Origin: Limisphaerales bacterium
Lineage (GTDB): Bacteria > Verrucomicrobiota > Verrucomicrobiia > Limisphaerales > SIBE01
DNA: 56,854 nt
Assembly: GCA_044225505.1 (NCBI GenBank)
Contig: JBGAIN010000001.1
Coordinates: 145,642-202,495, forward strand
Reading direction: 5' to 3'
The notes under the pieces were generated by a model, which was not told where the DNA came from, searched no databases, and saw only the letters and a program-made list of their open reading frames with translations. The position numbers and the translations under genes were made by a program. Positions 10,563 through 21,971 of the stretch are shown here, piece after piece. How positions within the stretch are numbered: position 1 is the stretch's first letter; each line of letters starts with the position of its first letter.

Positions 10563-11324
10563 ATGAATACGACACTCCCTCTATACGTGGCGCGCCTTGC
10601 GGACTCCGTGGAAGACATCAGATCAGCGCAGTCCCTACGGTATCAGGTGTTCAACCTCGAGCTCAATGAAGGCCTTGAGTGTTCTCACGAGGCACGACTG
10701 GACCAGGACGAATTCGACGAGGTGTGTGACCATCTCGTCGTGGAGCATGTCCCGACGGGAACGATCGTCGGCAACTATCGATTGCAATCGGGAGCCATTG
10801 CCCAATCGCGACGAGGTTTCTACAGCAACATCGAATTTGATCTCCAGCCGCTCGCCCCAGTGTTGGACCACAGTGTAGAGCTCGGACGGGCGTGTGTGCA
10901 CAAGGCGCACCGCAATGTCGCAGTGCTAACGCTGCTCTGGAAAGGCATCGTGCTCTACGCTCAAACCCATGCCGCCCGTTTTCTTTTCGGGTGCAGCTCT
11001 CTGACATCCCAACAACCGGCTGTGGGAGCTTCCATCTATGCTGATTTGTGCCGAAACCACATGACCCCGACTGCTCTGCGCGTTCATCCGCGCCCCGCTT
11101 TCGAATGCCCACTAGACCAGCTTTGTGAAGATTGTCCTCCTGTTCCGAAACTGCTACGCTCTTACCTGAGCATCGGCGCCAAGATTTGCGGTCCGCCGGC
11201 GCTGGACCCTGAGTTCAAAACGATTGATTTCTTGACCTGGCTTGACTTGGAAGTGCTGCCGGAGACAGTCCGAGAGAGGTTCGCCAGAACGACTGTTCCA
11301 ACGATTTTTCGGAATGATCTCTAA
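10563..11324 (+). CDS. GNAT-fold N-acyltransferase, OlsB-like (ornithine/aminolipid synthase step 1)
   Basis: AQSLRYQVF, DQDEFDEVCDHL, VGNYRL, ELGRACVH, LLRSYLSIGAKICGPPALDPEFKTIDF. Coupled to an acyltransferase. Confidence 0.8.
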   Translation: MNTTLPLYVARLADSVEDIRSAQSLRYQVFNLELNEGLECSHEARLDQDEFDEVCDHLVVEHVPTGTIVGNYRLQSGAIAQSRRGFYSNIEFDLQPLAPVLDHSVELGRACVHKAHRNVAVLTLLWKGIVLYAQTHAARFLFGCSSLTSQQPAVGASIYADLCRNHMTPTALRVHPRPAFECPLDQLCEDCPPVPKLLRSYLSIGAKICGPPALDPEFKTIDFLTWLDLEVLPETVRERFARTTVPTIFRNDL

Positions 11325-12129
11325 TCTGCGACGCCACCCTTTGAGAGTCGCCTGGCGGTTGCTTTGGTTGGTCGCAGAGCTCGTCCTAGCATTGCTGGGT
11401 TATCTGACGAGAGTTTCGGCTCGGGACTTCCCTTCAGTTGAGGCCGCACGTGAAGCTTGGATACAGCGTTGCGGACGGCGTCTGCTCAAGGTCTTTCAAG
11501 TTCGCATCAAGCTTACGGGTTTGCCCCCGCATACGGGATTGCTGATCAGCAACCATCTGAGCTATCTCGACATATTGGTTTTGGCGGCGTTAGCTCCACC
11601 AACCTTTGTCTCAAAGGACGAAGTCCGGAACTGGCCTGTGTTCGGATGGCTAGCCCGTCTGGCAGGCACGATTTTCCTGGATCGGACGTCGCGCGTCGGG
11701 GTCAAGCACGTTTGCGCCGCTATCGATAGAAGTTTCAACACTGGCAAACTCGTGGTTCTTTTTCCCGAAGGCACCAGCACCGATGGCACGTTCGTTGCCC
11801 CGTTCCGACCTTCGCTGCTGGACCCCGCCCTGCGTCTAAAGTGTCCAGTAACGCTGGCCGCTCTCCGCTATTCGGTCGAGCCAGGGAATCCTCGAAAGGA
11901 TGTCTGTTATTGGGGAGACATGATTCTTCTCCCCCACCTGATCCATTTATTGGGGGTTCGACGCATAACAGCAGAGATTGAATTCTTTCGCGCCGAGGAT
12001 GTCGTCGAACGTAAGGAAGCGGCACAAGTTTGGCGCCAGCAGATTCTCGATACCCTCGAGCGCCGCAACGCGCGCAAGCGAGCCGCGACGTTTGAATCGG
12101 ACGAAGTAACTGCTGGCGACGCACATTAA
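11314..12129 (+). CDS. PlsC-family acyltransferase, OlsA-like
   Basis: SNHLSYLD (HxxxxD), FVSK.EV..WP..GWLA, FPEGT, WGDM. Overlaps the OlsB-like stop. Confidence 0.82.
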   Translation: MISNLRRHPLRVAWRLLWLVAELVLALLGYLTRVSARDFPSVEAAREAWIQRCGRRLLKVFQVRIKLTGLPPHTGLLISNHLSYLDILVLAALAPPTFVSKDEVRNWPVFGWLARLAGTIFLDRTSRVGVKHVCAAIDRSFNTGKLVVLFPEGTSTDGTFVAPFRPSLLDPALRLKCPVTLAALRYSVEPGNPRKDVCYWGDMILLPHLIHLLGVRRITAEIEFFRAEDVVERKEAAQVWRQQILDTLERRNARKRAATFESDEVTAGDAH

Positions 12130-12142
12130 CGGTCTGTGCGTG

Positions 12143-12168
12143 GGAAGGCGAACGCCCGGCCTTCCTTT
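12143..12168 (+). terminator. Possible intrinsic terminator after the acyltransferase pair
   Basis: GGAAGGC...GCCTTCC stem followed by only three T's. Confidence 0.3.
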
Positions 12169-12371
12169 AAAGCGCGAATGCGGGATCCAATTAAAGGCTC
12201 GCGTGCGGCGATGTTCGAAGCGCGGACCGCACTGACTTCTGTGATCCGGTTGCGAAGCGTTCTGACACCGGCAAATGGAGTTTGACTTGTCGGCGGCTGG
12301 CAGCTGCGAATCGCAGACCCCCGTGCGCACAGGGTTGCATTCAGGCAACGATTTTGTTAGGAGTTCATTAA

Positions 12372-12692
12372 ATGCAAGCGCAGGGACCCAATTTGGAGGA
12401 CAGATTTCCGGAATCTCTCCCGTCCTTTACGGGAATACCACTTAGCGCTGCAGCTACTTACACCTATAGCCGACCCTTGACGAATTTGGAGTTACTGGCG
12501 CATTTGCGCGCTGAAGACCGGGTGGTAATTAAGGTTCCAGGCCTGCGGTGGCAGCTCGTCGAGCGGGAAATTGAGCAATTAGGCTTCGGCGATCAATTCG
12601 TGGTTTCGGCAACGAACGGAAAACATGGAGAGTGCTGCAAGATCGAGCCTGTTCGGCATACTGCGCCAGCCACTCCGAGTTCTGTCGTCTAG
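12372..12692 (+). CDS. Hypothetical protein
   Basis: 106-aa ATG ORF with AGGAG upstream; no recognisable motif. Confidence 0.5.
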   Translation: MQAQGPNLEDRFPESLPSFTGIPLSAAATYTYSRPLTNLELLAHLRAEDRVVIKVPGLRWQLVEREIEQLGFGDQFVVSATNGKHGECCKIEPVRHTAPATPSSVV

Positions 12693-12794
12693 CGACCGAT
12701 ATCCTCCTTAAACCTTGGCAAGATTGAGTTTGATGCGGCCCTCAGTCTAGCCCTCTGCCGGATTTCCAACGCAGTTGATCGGGATTGCGACTTC

Positions 12795-13013
12795 CTACTC
12801 TCCGAAAGCAGACTCGGAAGAAGTCGAAGAACACCGCGAATCGAGTTCTCGCAGCAAGTCCCTTCCGAGAAACGCCAGAGTCTCCACGTCAGAAACGGAT
12901 TGAAGCTTTTTCAAAGCCGGATTAAAACGCGGATGCCTAGCCAGTCGCCTCCATTCCTCGCAACCGAAGCAGCGCTTCAATATCTTTAGCAGCTGAGCGC
13001 GTTCTTTCTCCAC
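12795..13013 (-). CDS. Small hypothetical protein
   Basis: 72-aa helical-looking ORF in an otherwise empty gap; start uncertain. Confidence 0.3.
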   Translation of the reverse strand: MEKERAQLLKILKRCFGCEEWRRLARHPRFNPALKKLQSVSDVETLAFLGRDLLRELDSRCSSTSSESAFGE

Positions 13014-13127
13014 TTTGGCAGCATGGCATAGGCACGGCGGGTCGAAAAGACCTTTCGAACGGTTGCGTTTGCCTCCGCCAACTCCGAATCGGTCGATTGA
13101 ATCGTCCGGTGAGTCAGTGTAAAGTTC

Positions 13128-14879
13128 TCAACGGGAAAAACCTGCATTATCCGCGGCCATCGCGGACTTTAGCTCAGATCGGCCATTCCCTTCTTCGTAG
13201 TAGACCGTATATCCGATACGAGTGATTTTTAGATATTGGTTCCAGGTCAGGAAGCCAAGATCCCTTGTTGCCTCTCGGACTTCTGTAATCGGCTTGGCCG
13301 AAGTCCGAGGACGGCCGACGAGCGCTTCAGCCAAAACGCGACCATCCATCCGAGCTGGCGGCTCGACACCCAGGATCGAAAGCACGGTCGGCGCGACATC
13401 GACGTTCCCGCTGGGGACGAAACTCACGAAACCTTTCTCAAAATCCGGACCGGCTGCGATCAAAGTATTATGCAAGTCATATCGACTGAGGGAACCATGG
13501 GAGCCGGTCCCAGGCCGGCCATCGAGAATCGTCAACTGACCAGGTGCGCCATGTTCGTTCACTCCTGCATCCCATCGCATGGAAACCACCACATCCGGTG
13601 CCCCGTTTGTTGCATTCAAATGAACGAGGGAGAGCGGGAAAGTCCCTTCGATCTCGAGTTTGCTAAAGATCACACCGGCAAAGTCAGTCCCTTGGAGGAA
13701 CGCGACCAGCCGACGGATCACGGTTTCTTCATTCTCAAAAACATAGAAAAAGGTGCTTCCACCCAAGTTGTTGACCAGAATGTCGCCGGCTTCCGGATTG
13801 TCAAACTGGCGACCGGCCTTGAACTTCGCTTTTTTCAGGGCTTCGATGACATCTGAGCCTCGGTTGACGGTGGAGAATCCATGATCGGAAACGACGAAGA
13901 TATCCGTGTGCTCGAGAACTTCCTTGTCCTGCAAGGCTTTCAGCACCGCGGCCAACTGGTCGTCGCTGCTGGAGAGCGCCGCCAGGGCGGCATCCGAGCC
14001 GACACCGGTGGCATGTTGGGTCGCATCGGGCTCGCTCAGCCAGAGCAAAGAGTACTTTGGCACTCCAGATCGCCACAGCCCGCGGACAAGCGCTTTGGTC
14101 GTCCAGGCGTCAACGCTGTTGCGGGGTGGTGCTTCGGATTCAAACGTCCCGGTTGGAGCGGTCGATGCCGGGCCAGCGGGCAAAACCGGCGACAGGGCGT
14201 TGGTGGATGAGAGCCCCGCTCCCGTTCCACGTCGTGTTCGATCGGCACTGCTGCCGTTTCCCAGACCGCCTCGGTCGAATCCGAACGGCGCTGCTGAGCC
14301 CGGGAACGGGCCGATATCTCTGGAATTCGCCAGAGATTCCATCACAGCTCGGGGCAAACTCTGCCCCCGGAATAAAGTGACAGATTGCTTTTCGGCGTCG
14401 GTTAACTTCTTCGTGGCACGATCGTGGAGCAGCGTAACGGGCTTTGCCCCGGCGACAACGGTGCGGACTCCCGCGCCATGCAAGATTTCAGGGACAGTCG
14501 CCACGGGCAGGTAATGACCGCCGGTAGCCAGGTCGGCGCGGCGCAAAGCGTCCAGTGATTCCGTTCCGTAGGTGTTGAGCCAGCTGACTTCGGGCTGGTA
14601 GATCACATTGGCGATGATCCCGCTGTGGTCCGGTTGCATTCCGGTGGCCAGAGCAGTCCCGTTCACCTCAGTGGAGGTCACATACGCGGAATGATGATTC
14701 ATGAAGAACGTGCCCCGTTTCGCGAGTTCGAAAAGGGTCGGCGTGAATTGCGGGGTGACGAAGTCAGGCCGTAGTCCGTCCCAGACGAGAACCACGACGT
14801 GCTCGGCCTGGCCACGGTTTTGAGCCTGTGCAGCTGTGATAGCCGAGGCTGATAGAATTACAGCGAGAAGCTTATTCAT
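13128..14879 (-). CDS. Secreted alkaline-phosphatase-superfamily enzyme (type I phosphodiesterase / nucleotide pyrophosphatase)
   Basis: Signal peptide MNKLLAVIL...AQA; WDGLRPD, TSTEVNGTALATG (Thr nucleophile region), EPDATQH, VVSDHG, HGS, NVDVAPT, MDGRVL. Confidence 0.88.
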   Translation of the reverse strand: MNKLLAVILSASAITAAQAQNRGQAEHVVVLVWDGLRPDFVTPQFTPTLFELAKRGTFFMNHHSAYVTSTEVNGTALATGMQPDHSGIIANVIYQPEVSWLNTYGTESLDALRRADLATGGHYLPVATVPEILHGAGVRTVVAGAKPVTLLHDRATKKLTDAEKQSVTLFRGQSLPRAVMESLANSRDIGPFPGSAAPFGFDRGGLGNGSSADRTRRGTGAGLSSTNALSPVLPAGPASTAPTGTFESEAPPRNSVDAWTTKALVRGLWRSGVPKYSLLWLSEPDATQHATGVGSDAALAALSSSDDQLAAVLKALQDKEVLEHTDIFVVSDHGFSTVNRGSDVIEALKKAKFKAGRQFDNPEAGDILVNNLGGSTFFYVFENEETVIRRLVAFLQGTDFAGVIFSKLEIEGTFPLSLVHLNATNGAPDVVVSMRWDAGVNEHGAPGQLTILDGRPGTGSHGSLSRYDLHNTLIAAGPDFEKGFVSFVPSGNVDVAPTVLSILGVEPPARMDGRVLAEALVGRPRTSAKPITEVREATRDLGFLTWNQYLKITRIGYTVYYEEGNGRSELKSAMAADNAGFSR

Positions 14880-15421
14880 AAAGAACTCCGTTTGGTAAAT
14901 GCCACTGCCGATCGTCTCCTGACCCACACGACGAGAGGAGCAACGAGCCAAGCCTTGATTCCCTTCTCGGCTCGTCGCTCCGATGACGTGTGCTGCTACA
15001 ATCTCAACTTCGGACGAATTCTCGGTGTGCCCTCTTTGACGCAACGAAAATCAGCCCGTGAAAGAGCTAGCAATGCCAGATGGCTCCTTAACGGCGGATT
15101 TGCGACGATTCTGTGAATTGATTGGCCATGCGCCAGTGCCTATTCCCGTTCATCGTAAGGCTGTGAACCGTTGTCTTGCCGACATGGGCGCGACCTTTGG
15201 CTGCGATTGGGGTGCGGCCAAGTTCGGTAGAGGCGAACGAACGCGATCTTCCCATCGTCTCCTACTTTAATTCGTCCAAGCCTTGGTGATCAGTGGGTGG
15301 CCAGGACTGCGGCGAAGCGCTTCCCGATAATGCGTTCGCGCTGCGGCCGAGTCCTTCGCCTTCGAGAGAATCCTCCCTAATTGGTAGTGCGCCCAAACAA
15401 GGGGCGGATCTTCCATCGCCA

Positions 15422-16573
15422 CTACGCTCTCGCTCCGGATCGGCCTGGTGAGCCGGTTTCAGTCAGCGCTAGCTCAAATTGCCGCGCGACTTCTGACCAA
15501 GAAGCTCGCGCAGTGGCTTCTCTTGCTTGGTGGCCGAGAGTTGTCCAAGTCGAGCGAGCCTGGAGAAGGGTCCGGGCAGCCTGGGAAAATTGCCGTGGTT
15601 GATCATAAGCCACGAGAATTCCACTTCGTCCGTGTTCAATGTGCAGCCGACCGGCTGCGTAGTTGTAAGTCACCACGACTAACCCACTCGCCATGGCTTC
15701 GAGGACGACGTTGCCAAAAGTCTCGGTCGTGCTCGCGAAAAGGAAGAGGTCCGCTGACGCGTAATGCTCGGCGAGGTCCTCGTCAAATCTCATACCTGCA
15801 TAATGCGCTTCTGGAAATCGGCGCTTCGTGCCGGCAAGCGATGGTCCGTCTCCGACCACCACGACTCGAAGCGAGGGAATGGCCCGACGCATCTCACGGC
15901 AAGTCTCGAGCACAAATGGCAGATTCTTTTCAGGAGCCACTCGACTCACAAACAAGACGACCGGCGCATCGTCGCTTGCGCCCCACACTCTCCGGAGTTT
16001 AACCTTTCGTTTGACTGGGCTAAAGAGCTGGCGGTCGACCCCGCGTCCCATATGTTCAAGTCGGACAAAACCAGCCGCTGCTAGTTCTTTTTGAAGTTCT
16101 GGCGTAGGAACCAGCGTTCGCTCGCATCGATTGTGAAACCATCGAAGATAGCGTAACGCGGGCTTTTGCAGAAGCGGCGCACGATAGTGTCGGCAATAGG
16201 CGTGGAAGTTTGTGTGAAAGGTGGATGTCACCGGGATGCTCAACCGACCTGCTGCCAAGAGAGCGGCCAGGCCAAGCGGACCTTCGGTCGCAATATGGAC
16301 CACGTCAGGCCGGTCCGCGCGCCACCGACGGACCAGGCGGGCGCGGCAGAAATGTCCAAACCGCATGCTGCGATAAAAGGGGATCGGCCAACCGGGCACG
16401 CCGAGCTCCCTTGAGGGAACCCAAATACCGTTGCGAGAATGCCCGGCCGGCCGCGGGCGGATCAACTCTACGTCATGGCCAGCCTGCACCATGCTTCGCA
16501 ACAATCGGTAGTTGGTTAACGCGACCCCGTTGATTTCGGGGGGAAACGTTTCCGTCACGAGGCTGAGCTTCAT
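15422..16573 (-). CDS. GT4 glycosyltransferase (glycolipid synthase, Agt/MgtA-like)
   Basis: VTETFPPEINGVA, HIATEGPLG, FHTNF, RGVD, EKN, ETFGNVVLEAMASG. Confidence 0.88.
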   Translation of the reverse strand: MKLSLVTETFPPEINGVALTNYRLLRSMVQAGHDVELIRPRPAGHSRNGIWVPSRELGVPGWPIPFYRSMRFGHFCRARLVRRWRADRPDVVHIATEGPLGLAALLAAGRLSIPVTSTFHTNFHAYCRHYRAPLLQKPALRYLRWFHNRCERTLVPTPELQKELAAAGFVRLEHMGRGVDRQLFSPVKRKVKLRRVWGASDDAPVVLFVSRVAPEKNLPFVLETCREMRRAIPSLRVVVVGDGPSLAGTKRRFPEAHYAGMRFDEDLAEHYASADLFLFASTTETFGNVVLEAMASGLVVVTYNYAAGRLHIEHGRSGILVAYDQPRQFSQAARTLLQARSTWTTLGHQAREATARASWSEVARQFELALTETGSPGRSGARA

Positions 16574-16587
16574 GAGCGGAAGGCCTT

Positions 16588-17436
16588 CTACACCAGGACG
16601 GGCTCCCGCAACTCTGGTACATCATCCTCCCAAACGTCGGCCCATTCCATCTCCGACTCCACTTCGTCGCTGGGATGTTCGTCCAAACGACTGCGGAAGT
16701 CATCGTAGGTCAAGAGCTCTAATTTTCCGTCCAAGTGCTCGACGACAGCGGACATCGTTTCCACCCAATCTCCGCAGTTCAGATAGTGAATGTGCTCCAG
16801 GTGCTTGTCTGCGGGGACGTGGATATGGCCACAAACCACTCCTTGGCAGCCCCGATTTAACGCGATCTCTGTCAGGTGCTGCTCGAATTTGGAAACGAAG
16901 TTCACGGCCGATTTGACTCGGGCTTTGATCCGCTTGCTGATGGAGTCGTACTCCAGTCCGCGCCAAAGACGCCATGTGTTGTAGGCTCGGTTGATGCGCA
17001 ACAATAGCTGGTATCCAATGTCACCGAGTTTGGCCACGATGACCAGGTGTTGAGTCACCATGTCAAAGATATCGCCGTGCAAGATCAGGTACTGACCGCG
17101 GCTGGTGCTCAAGACATAATCTTCCTGAACGCGGATTTTGTCGAAGTGAAGCGGCAGAACGTGGCTGAGAATCCCGTCGTGATTGCCACGTAGATAGACG
17201 ACCTCCGTTTCTTCCTTCTCCACCTTCTTTAGCACCAGGCGGACAAATTGGGTATGCTGGTTCGTCCAACGCGCCGAGCGGCTCAATTGCCACCCATCAA
17301 TGATATCGCCATTGAGGATCAAGCGATCACATTGGGTCGCTTTGAGAAACCGATTCACCTCTCGGATCTTGCAGTCCTCTGTTCCCAGGTGGACATCCGA
17401 GATGATGATAGTCTTGAAATGAAGCTTTTTCGCCAT
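16588..17436 (-). CDS. Metallophosphoesterase, LpxH-like / PlcP-type phospholipase C
   Basis: SDVHLG, GDIIDGW, GNHD, HGD, GHIH, NCGDWVE motifs; sits between two GT4 genes. Confidence 0.82.
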   Translation of the reverse strand: MAKKLHFKTIIISDVHLGTEDCKIREVNRFLKATQCDRLILNGDIIDGWQLSRSARWTNQHTQFVRLVLKKVEKEETEVVYLRGNHDGILSHVLPLHFDKIRVQEDYVLSTSRGQYLILHGDIFDMVTQHLVIVAKLGDIGYQLLLRINRAYNTWRLWRGLEYDSISKRIKARVKSAVNFVSKFEQHLTEIALNRGCQGVVCGHIHVPADKHLEHIHYLNCGDWVETMSAVVEHLDGKLELLTYDDFRSRLDEHPSDEVESEMEWADVWEDDVPELREPVLV

Positions 17437-17513
17437 AGAATGTGCGGATATCAAATGTCGGCTGAGCATCGATCGAGTTGAAATTAGTAGGCACCTTTCG
17501 CATCTAAATCGCT

Positions 17514-18713
17514 TCAGTCGGCGAGCCGACTTTCCAGAGTTCCATTCAAAGTGGCGAATTCCTTCCGAACTGAAACTCGGCGACAGGTGGAGAGTTGGGC
17601 AATCATCAGCAGATCCCGGCGATATTGATCAGTTATTTCCTCCCAGCCTAGCCGGAGCGCCGATTCTCGAGCGGCGTAGCCTAGCTCGTGGCGAAAGATT
17701 GCGTTCTGGCTGGCGCGCACGGCATAGGCCACGAACTGTGATGGACACTTGATGTCGGCCAGTAGCCCGCTCGTCTCGTGTCTAAGATGTTGGGCGGCCG
17801 CTCCGTTTTGAAACGACACTATCGGTAAGCCGCTGGCCATGGCCTCGGTGATGACATTCCCAAACGTTTCCGTCAGACTCGGAAACAGGAAAAGATCGCC
17901 GGAAGCATAGCTCGCAGCCAACGTCTCACCACCTTGCGCACCAACGAAGAGCAACTCAGGATGCTTTTCTTGGAGCTTGCTCCGGAGTGGCCCGTCCCCC
18001 ACGAGGACGAAACGTGTCCTCGGCTGTCGATTGCGGATTTGCGTAAAAGCCGCGATTGCTAACGGTAGGTTCTTTTCGCTCGCGATTCGACCGACATACA
18101 GACAAACTAGAGAATCGTCGTCAACCTCCCAGCTGCGCCTCATGTCGGTCGACCGCCGAGCCGGGGTGAACCGCGCGGTGTCGACACCTCTCCCCAAAAT
18201 CCGCAGATTTCTGAATCCGAACTCTGCCAGCCGCGTCCGGAGTGGGTCTGTTGGGACGAACGTGGCAAGGGTTAGATTGTGGAACGTTCGAAGGCTGCCG
18301 AGCACTGCCCGCTGCAACCACCCAACACCATAGTGGGCTCCATATTGATCAAAGTTGGTATGATAGCTGGACACCAGCGGAATTCTCAAACGTCGCGCTG
18401 CACTTACCGCGCTCCAGCCTAGCGGACCTTCTGTCGCGACGTGCACAATATCAGGCCTGTCTCTCCTCCAGGCTCGTAGCAGTCTGCCCCGGGAAAAGAC
18501 CCCTAGCTGAAGTGCTGGATAGCACGGGATGGACAGGCCCCGGACAAGAATATCGTCTCTATCTGCCGAGCTGCCTTCTGATCCTGGCTGCCGAGGGCGC
18601 ACTAATTGAACAGCATCGCCTTTTCCGAGCAGTCCGCTCACCAGCCGCTCCAGAGTCAGCGCCACTCCGTTGACTTCCGGAAAGTATGTTTCTGTGACCA
18701 AGGCGATTCTCAT
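17514..18713 (-). CDS. GT4 glycosyltransferase (paralog of 15422..16573)
   Basis: MRIALVTETYFPEVNGVA, HVATEGPLG, YHTNF, ETFGNVITEAMASG. Confidence 0.88.
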   Translation of the reverse strand: MRIALVTETYFPEVNGVALTLERLVSGLLGKGDAVQLVRPRQPGSEGSSADRDDILVRGLSIPCYPALQLGVFSRGRLLRAWRRDRPDIVHVATEGPLGWSAVSAARRLRIPLVSSYHTNFDQYGAHYGVGWLQRAVLGSLRTFHNLTLATFVPTDPLRTRLAEFGFRNLRILGRGVDTARFTPARRSTDMRRSWEVDDDSLVCLYVGRIASEKNLPLAIAAFTQIRNRQPRTRFVLVGDGPLRSKLQEKHPELLFVGAQGGETLAASYASGDLFLFPSLTETFGNVITEAMASGLPIVSFQNGAAAQHLRHETSGLLADIKCPSQFVAYAVRASQNAIFRHELGYAARESALRLGWEEITDQYRRDLLMIAQLSTCRRVSVRKEFATLNGTLESRLAD

Positions 18714-18856
18714 AGAGTGTGGCAGCGTCGGCCAGCGACGAGACAGGACTGGAAGGCTTGGCTGGAGCCAAGGTGGGCGGTACTTTTTCGGTCTGTACGG
18801 TTCACGCCTGCGTGCCGAGGAAATCCCTCGCCACGCTAGAATCCTAAACCGGCCAA

Positions 18857-18921
18857 GTGACAACCTGACGACGCTCGCGTGAATTTTTGTTCACACTTTA
18901 TTCACAACTTACTCACCGCCT
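18857..18921. promoter_or_regulatory. Pho-box-like 11-bp direct repeats in the divergent intergenic region
   Basis: Plus strand GTTCACACTTT ATTCACAACTT ACTCACCGCCT (TCAC at 18891/18902/18913). Minus strand TTCAC and GTCAC 22 bp apart (18879, 18857). Confidence 0.55.
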
Positions 18922-19091
18922 GGCCCCCTTTGGCCACGTCCGCTCGCCGACGATTGGTAAGCTCTCTTCCGGTTCAACGGACCATCCACCATCAATTCGT
19001 TGCCCATGTTGTGAGTAACCCCTCGGAACTCCAAGCTGCCCGATGCGTTTCACTGCGGACCATCGAAGCTCGGGCGACAAAGCGTTTGAAA

Positions 19092-19135
19092 TGTAACACA
19101 TTTGTCACAACGTCGTGACTAGGCTTCTGTAGAAT
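19092..19135 (+). promoter_or_regulatory. Pho-box-like TGTAACA/TGTCACA 11-bp repeat followed by a TAGAAT -10
   Basis: tgtaacacatt tgtcacaacgt cgtgact...tagaat (19130-19135), 40 nt before ATG 19175. Confidence 0.55.
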
Positions 19136-19174
19136 GACCGGACTCTTAACGTTGCTAAGCTCTTTCGTACTGCC

Positions 19175-21058
19175 ATGAAATCGTTTGCTCGAATCCTTTT
19201 CAATTGCCTAGCCGCCATTTTCGTTGTCTGGGGTGGTGGAGTTCAGGCTCAGCTCGCTATCACTGAAGTCATGTCTTCGGCTTCCACGAATCTTGGTCCA
19301 GCCGCCGTCACCCAGAATTCAGATTTTTGGGAGTTGACCAACTTCGGGACAAACGCGGTTAATCTCACCGGGTACAAGTTCGACGATGCGGACAACAATC
19401 TTGCGGCGGCCGATCCAACCCCTTTCGATGGACTTTCGATTGGCCCGGGCGAGTCCATCGTATTTGTCCAAAACACCGTAAACACCAATGAGTCTTCTTT
19501 TCGGGAATGGTGGGGAACCAACCTGGCGAGCGGGGTCAGGATCGTCTTCTATTCCGGCAACGGCCTTTCGTCGGGAGGCGATGGGATCAGGCTCTGGGCG
19601 CCCACCGCGCAAAGTGTGAGTGACGTGGTGGATAGTGTCGATTTCGGTGAAGCTCATCGGGGCTCGTCGTTTACCTATTCCCTAGTGACAGGCGAATTCG
19701 GAGTGCTGAGCACCAATGCGATCGACGGGGCATTCAAAGCTGCGACGACGGACGATGTGGGTTCGCCTGGGCGCACACCGGGTCCGACGCCTCTTACCAT
19801 CCTGCAACAACCGGTAGACAAAGTGGTCAACCCAGGTGACGCGACCAGCTTCGCAGTGACTGTGCTGGGCCGCCCGCGTGGAACGTTTCAGTGGTATTTT
19901 GAGGATACTCCCATCCTTGGAGCCACCAACGCCACGCTGCAGATTACGAACGTGCAAGAGTTATCTGCTGGTCCTTATCGCGTTGGAATCAACAACGGAA
20001 TCACGAGCACGCAGAGCGTTTCCGCGACCTTGGTTCTGGCCTCGGAAGCCACTCCTCCCACTTTCACACTCGTTCCGGCGGACCTCAGTATCTACCTTGG
20101 GCAGAGTTTCACCTTTGCCGCCGCGGCGACAGGTGTGCCTCAACCGACCTATCAGTGGCAGAAGGAAGGGACCGACCTCGACACCGGCACGAGCTCGCAA
20201 TGGACTCTAACCGGAGTGACCGAGCAAGACACGGGTCTTTACGCAATCATCGCCAAGAACGCCGTGGGCGCCGTCACCAACAAGTTTCAGGTAACCGTGA
20301 CGCCGAAACCTCAGCTTGTGATCACCGAGGTCATGTCCAGTTCGTCGACGAACGTCTCGGGACATCAAGATTGGTGGGAACTCACCAACCTCGGAACGTC
20401 TCCAGCCAATCTGAAAGGACTTCGCTTCGACGATAACAGCGAGACTCTTAGTTCCGCATTTGCTTTCACAAACAATGTCACCCTTGCCAGCGGTGAGTCC
20501 GTCGTTTTCGTCGAACAGATGACCCCAGAAGAGTTCCGTGATTGGTGGGGCTCGGAACATTTGCTGCCCGGACTTAAGATTCTCACGTACCGAGGCAACG
20601 GGCTAAGTTCGGTCGGAGATGCTGTCAACGTGTGGAACGCGGCCGCGAGTGAGGATTCGGATAAGCTCGCGAGTGCTGTTTTTTCCACCGCAACGGCCGG
20701 CGTCACGTTTGGCTATAATCCAGAGACGGGCACATTCGGCGAACTCAGCATCGATGGGACAAACGGCGCTTTCACTGCGGCGTCCGGCGGAGATGTCGGG
20801 TCCCCGGGATACATCCGCAACTCGCAGCGAGTCTTCCTGCCGCGGATTCGGGAGATTACGATCTCCGGGACTAACATCCGGCTGAGGTGGAGCTCGCAAG
20901 TGGGGACCCGCTACCAAATTCAATTCAAAGCGCAACTCGGCGATGCCACGTGGACCACTGAAAAGGAAGTTGCCGCCGCGGGCGACGTCACCAGTTCCGA
21001 GCAACCCCTCAACACCGCGGCGGGCCAGCGTTTCTATCGCGTCGTGGCCTCGCCGTAG
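19175..21058 (+). CDS. Secreted protein: lamin-tail domain - 2x Ig-like - lamin-tail domain - C-terminal FYR domain
   Basis: Signal peptide; two ITEVMSS..N..D.WELTN.G...GES.VF repeats; two Ig I-set-like units (G.P...FQW, G.P.PTYQW.K); ends [10 protein letters not shown]. Confidence 0.85.
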   Translation: MKSFARILFNCLAAIFVVWGGGVQAQLAITEVMSSASTNLGPAAVTQNSDFWELTNFGTNAVNLTGYKFDDADNNLAAADPTPFDGLSIGPGESIVFVQNTVNTNESSFREWWGTNLASGVRIVFYSGNGLSSGGDGIRLWAPTAQSVSDVVDSVDFGEAHRGSSFTYSLVTGEFGVLSTNAIDGAFKAATTDDVGSPGRTPGPTPLTILQQPVDKVVNPGDATSFAVTVLGRPRGTFQWYFEDTPILGATNATLQITNVQELSAGPYRVGINNGITSTQSVSATLVLASEATPPTFTLVPADLSIYLGQSFTFAAAATGVPQPTYQWQKEGTDLDTGTSSQWTLTGVTEQDTGLYAIIAKNAVGAVTNKFQVTVTPKPQLVITEVMSSSSTNVSGHQDWWELTNLGTSPANLKGLRFDDNSETLSSAFAFTNNVTLASGESVVFVEQMTPEEFRDWWGSEHLLPGLKILTYRGNGLSSVGDAVNVWNAAASEDSDKLASAVFSTATAGVTFGYNPETGTFGELSIDGTNGAFTAASGGDVGSPGYIRNSQRVFLPRIREITISGTNIRLRWSSQVGTRYQIQFKAQLGDATWTTEKEVAAAGDVTSSEQPLNTAAGQRFYRVVASP

Positions 21059-21068
21059 GAAGGCCTGC

Positions 21069-21830
<762 letters not shown>

Positions 21831-21933
21831 TGCTGGAGGGAAGTCGCACGCCTTGTCGTCGAAGAGCAGAAAATCCTCATCCGAGAATCTGCCCGCCCGG
21901 AATGGCGGCCGGCAGACCAGCGCACGAGAGAGA

Positions 21934-21967
21934 TTGACAATTAGACGAGAGGTGTGCATATACACAC
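21934..21967 (+). promoter_or_regulatory. Sigma70-type promoter (TTGACA -35) overlapped by the palindromic operator GTGTGCATATACACAC
   Basis: TTGACA at 21934; an imperfect palindrome at 21952-21967 covers the -10 position, 4 nt before ATG 21972. Confidence 0.65.
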
Positions 21968-21971
21968 GGTG

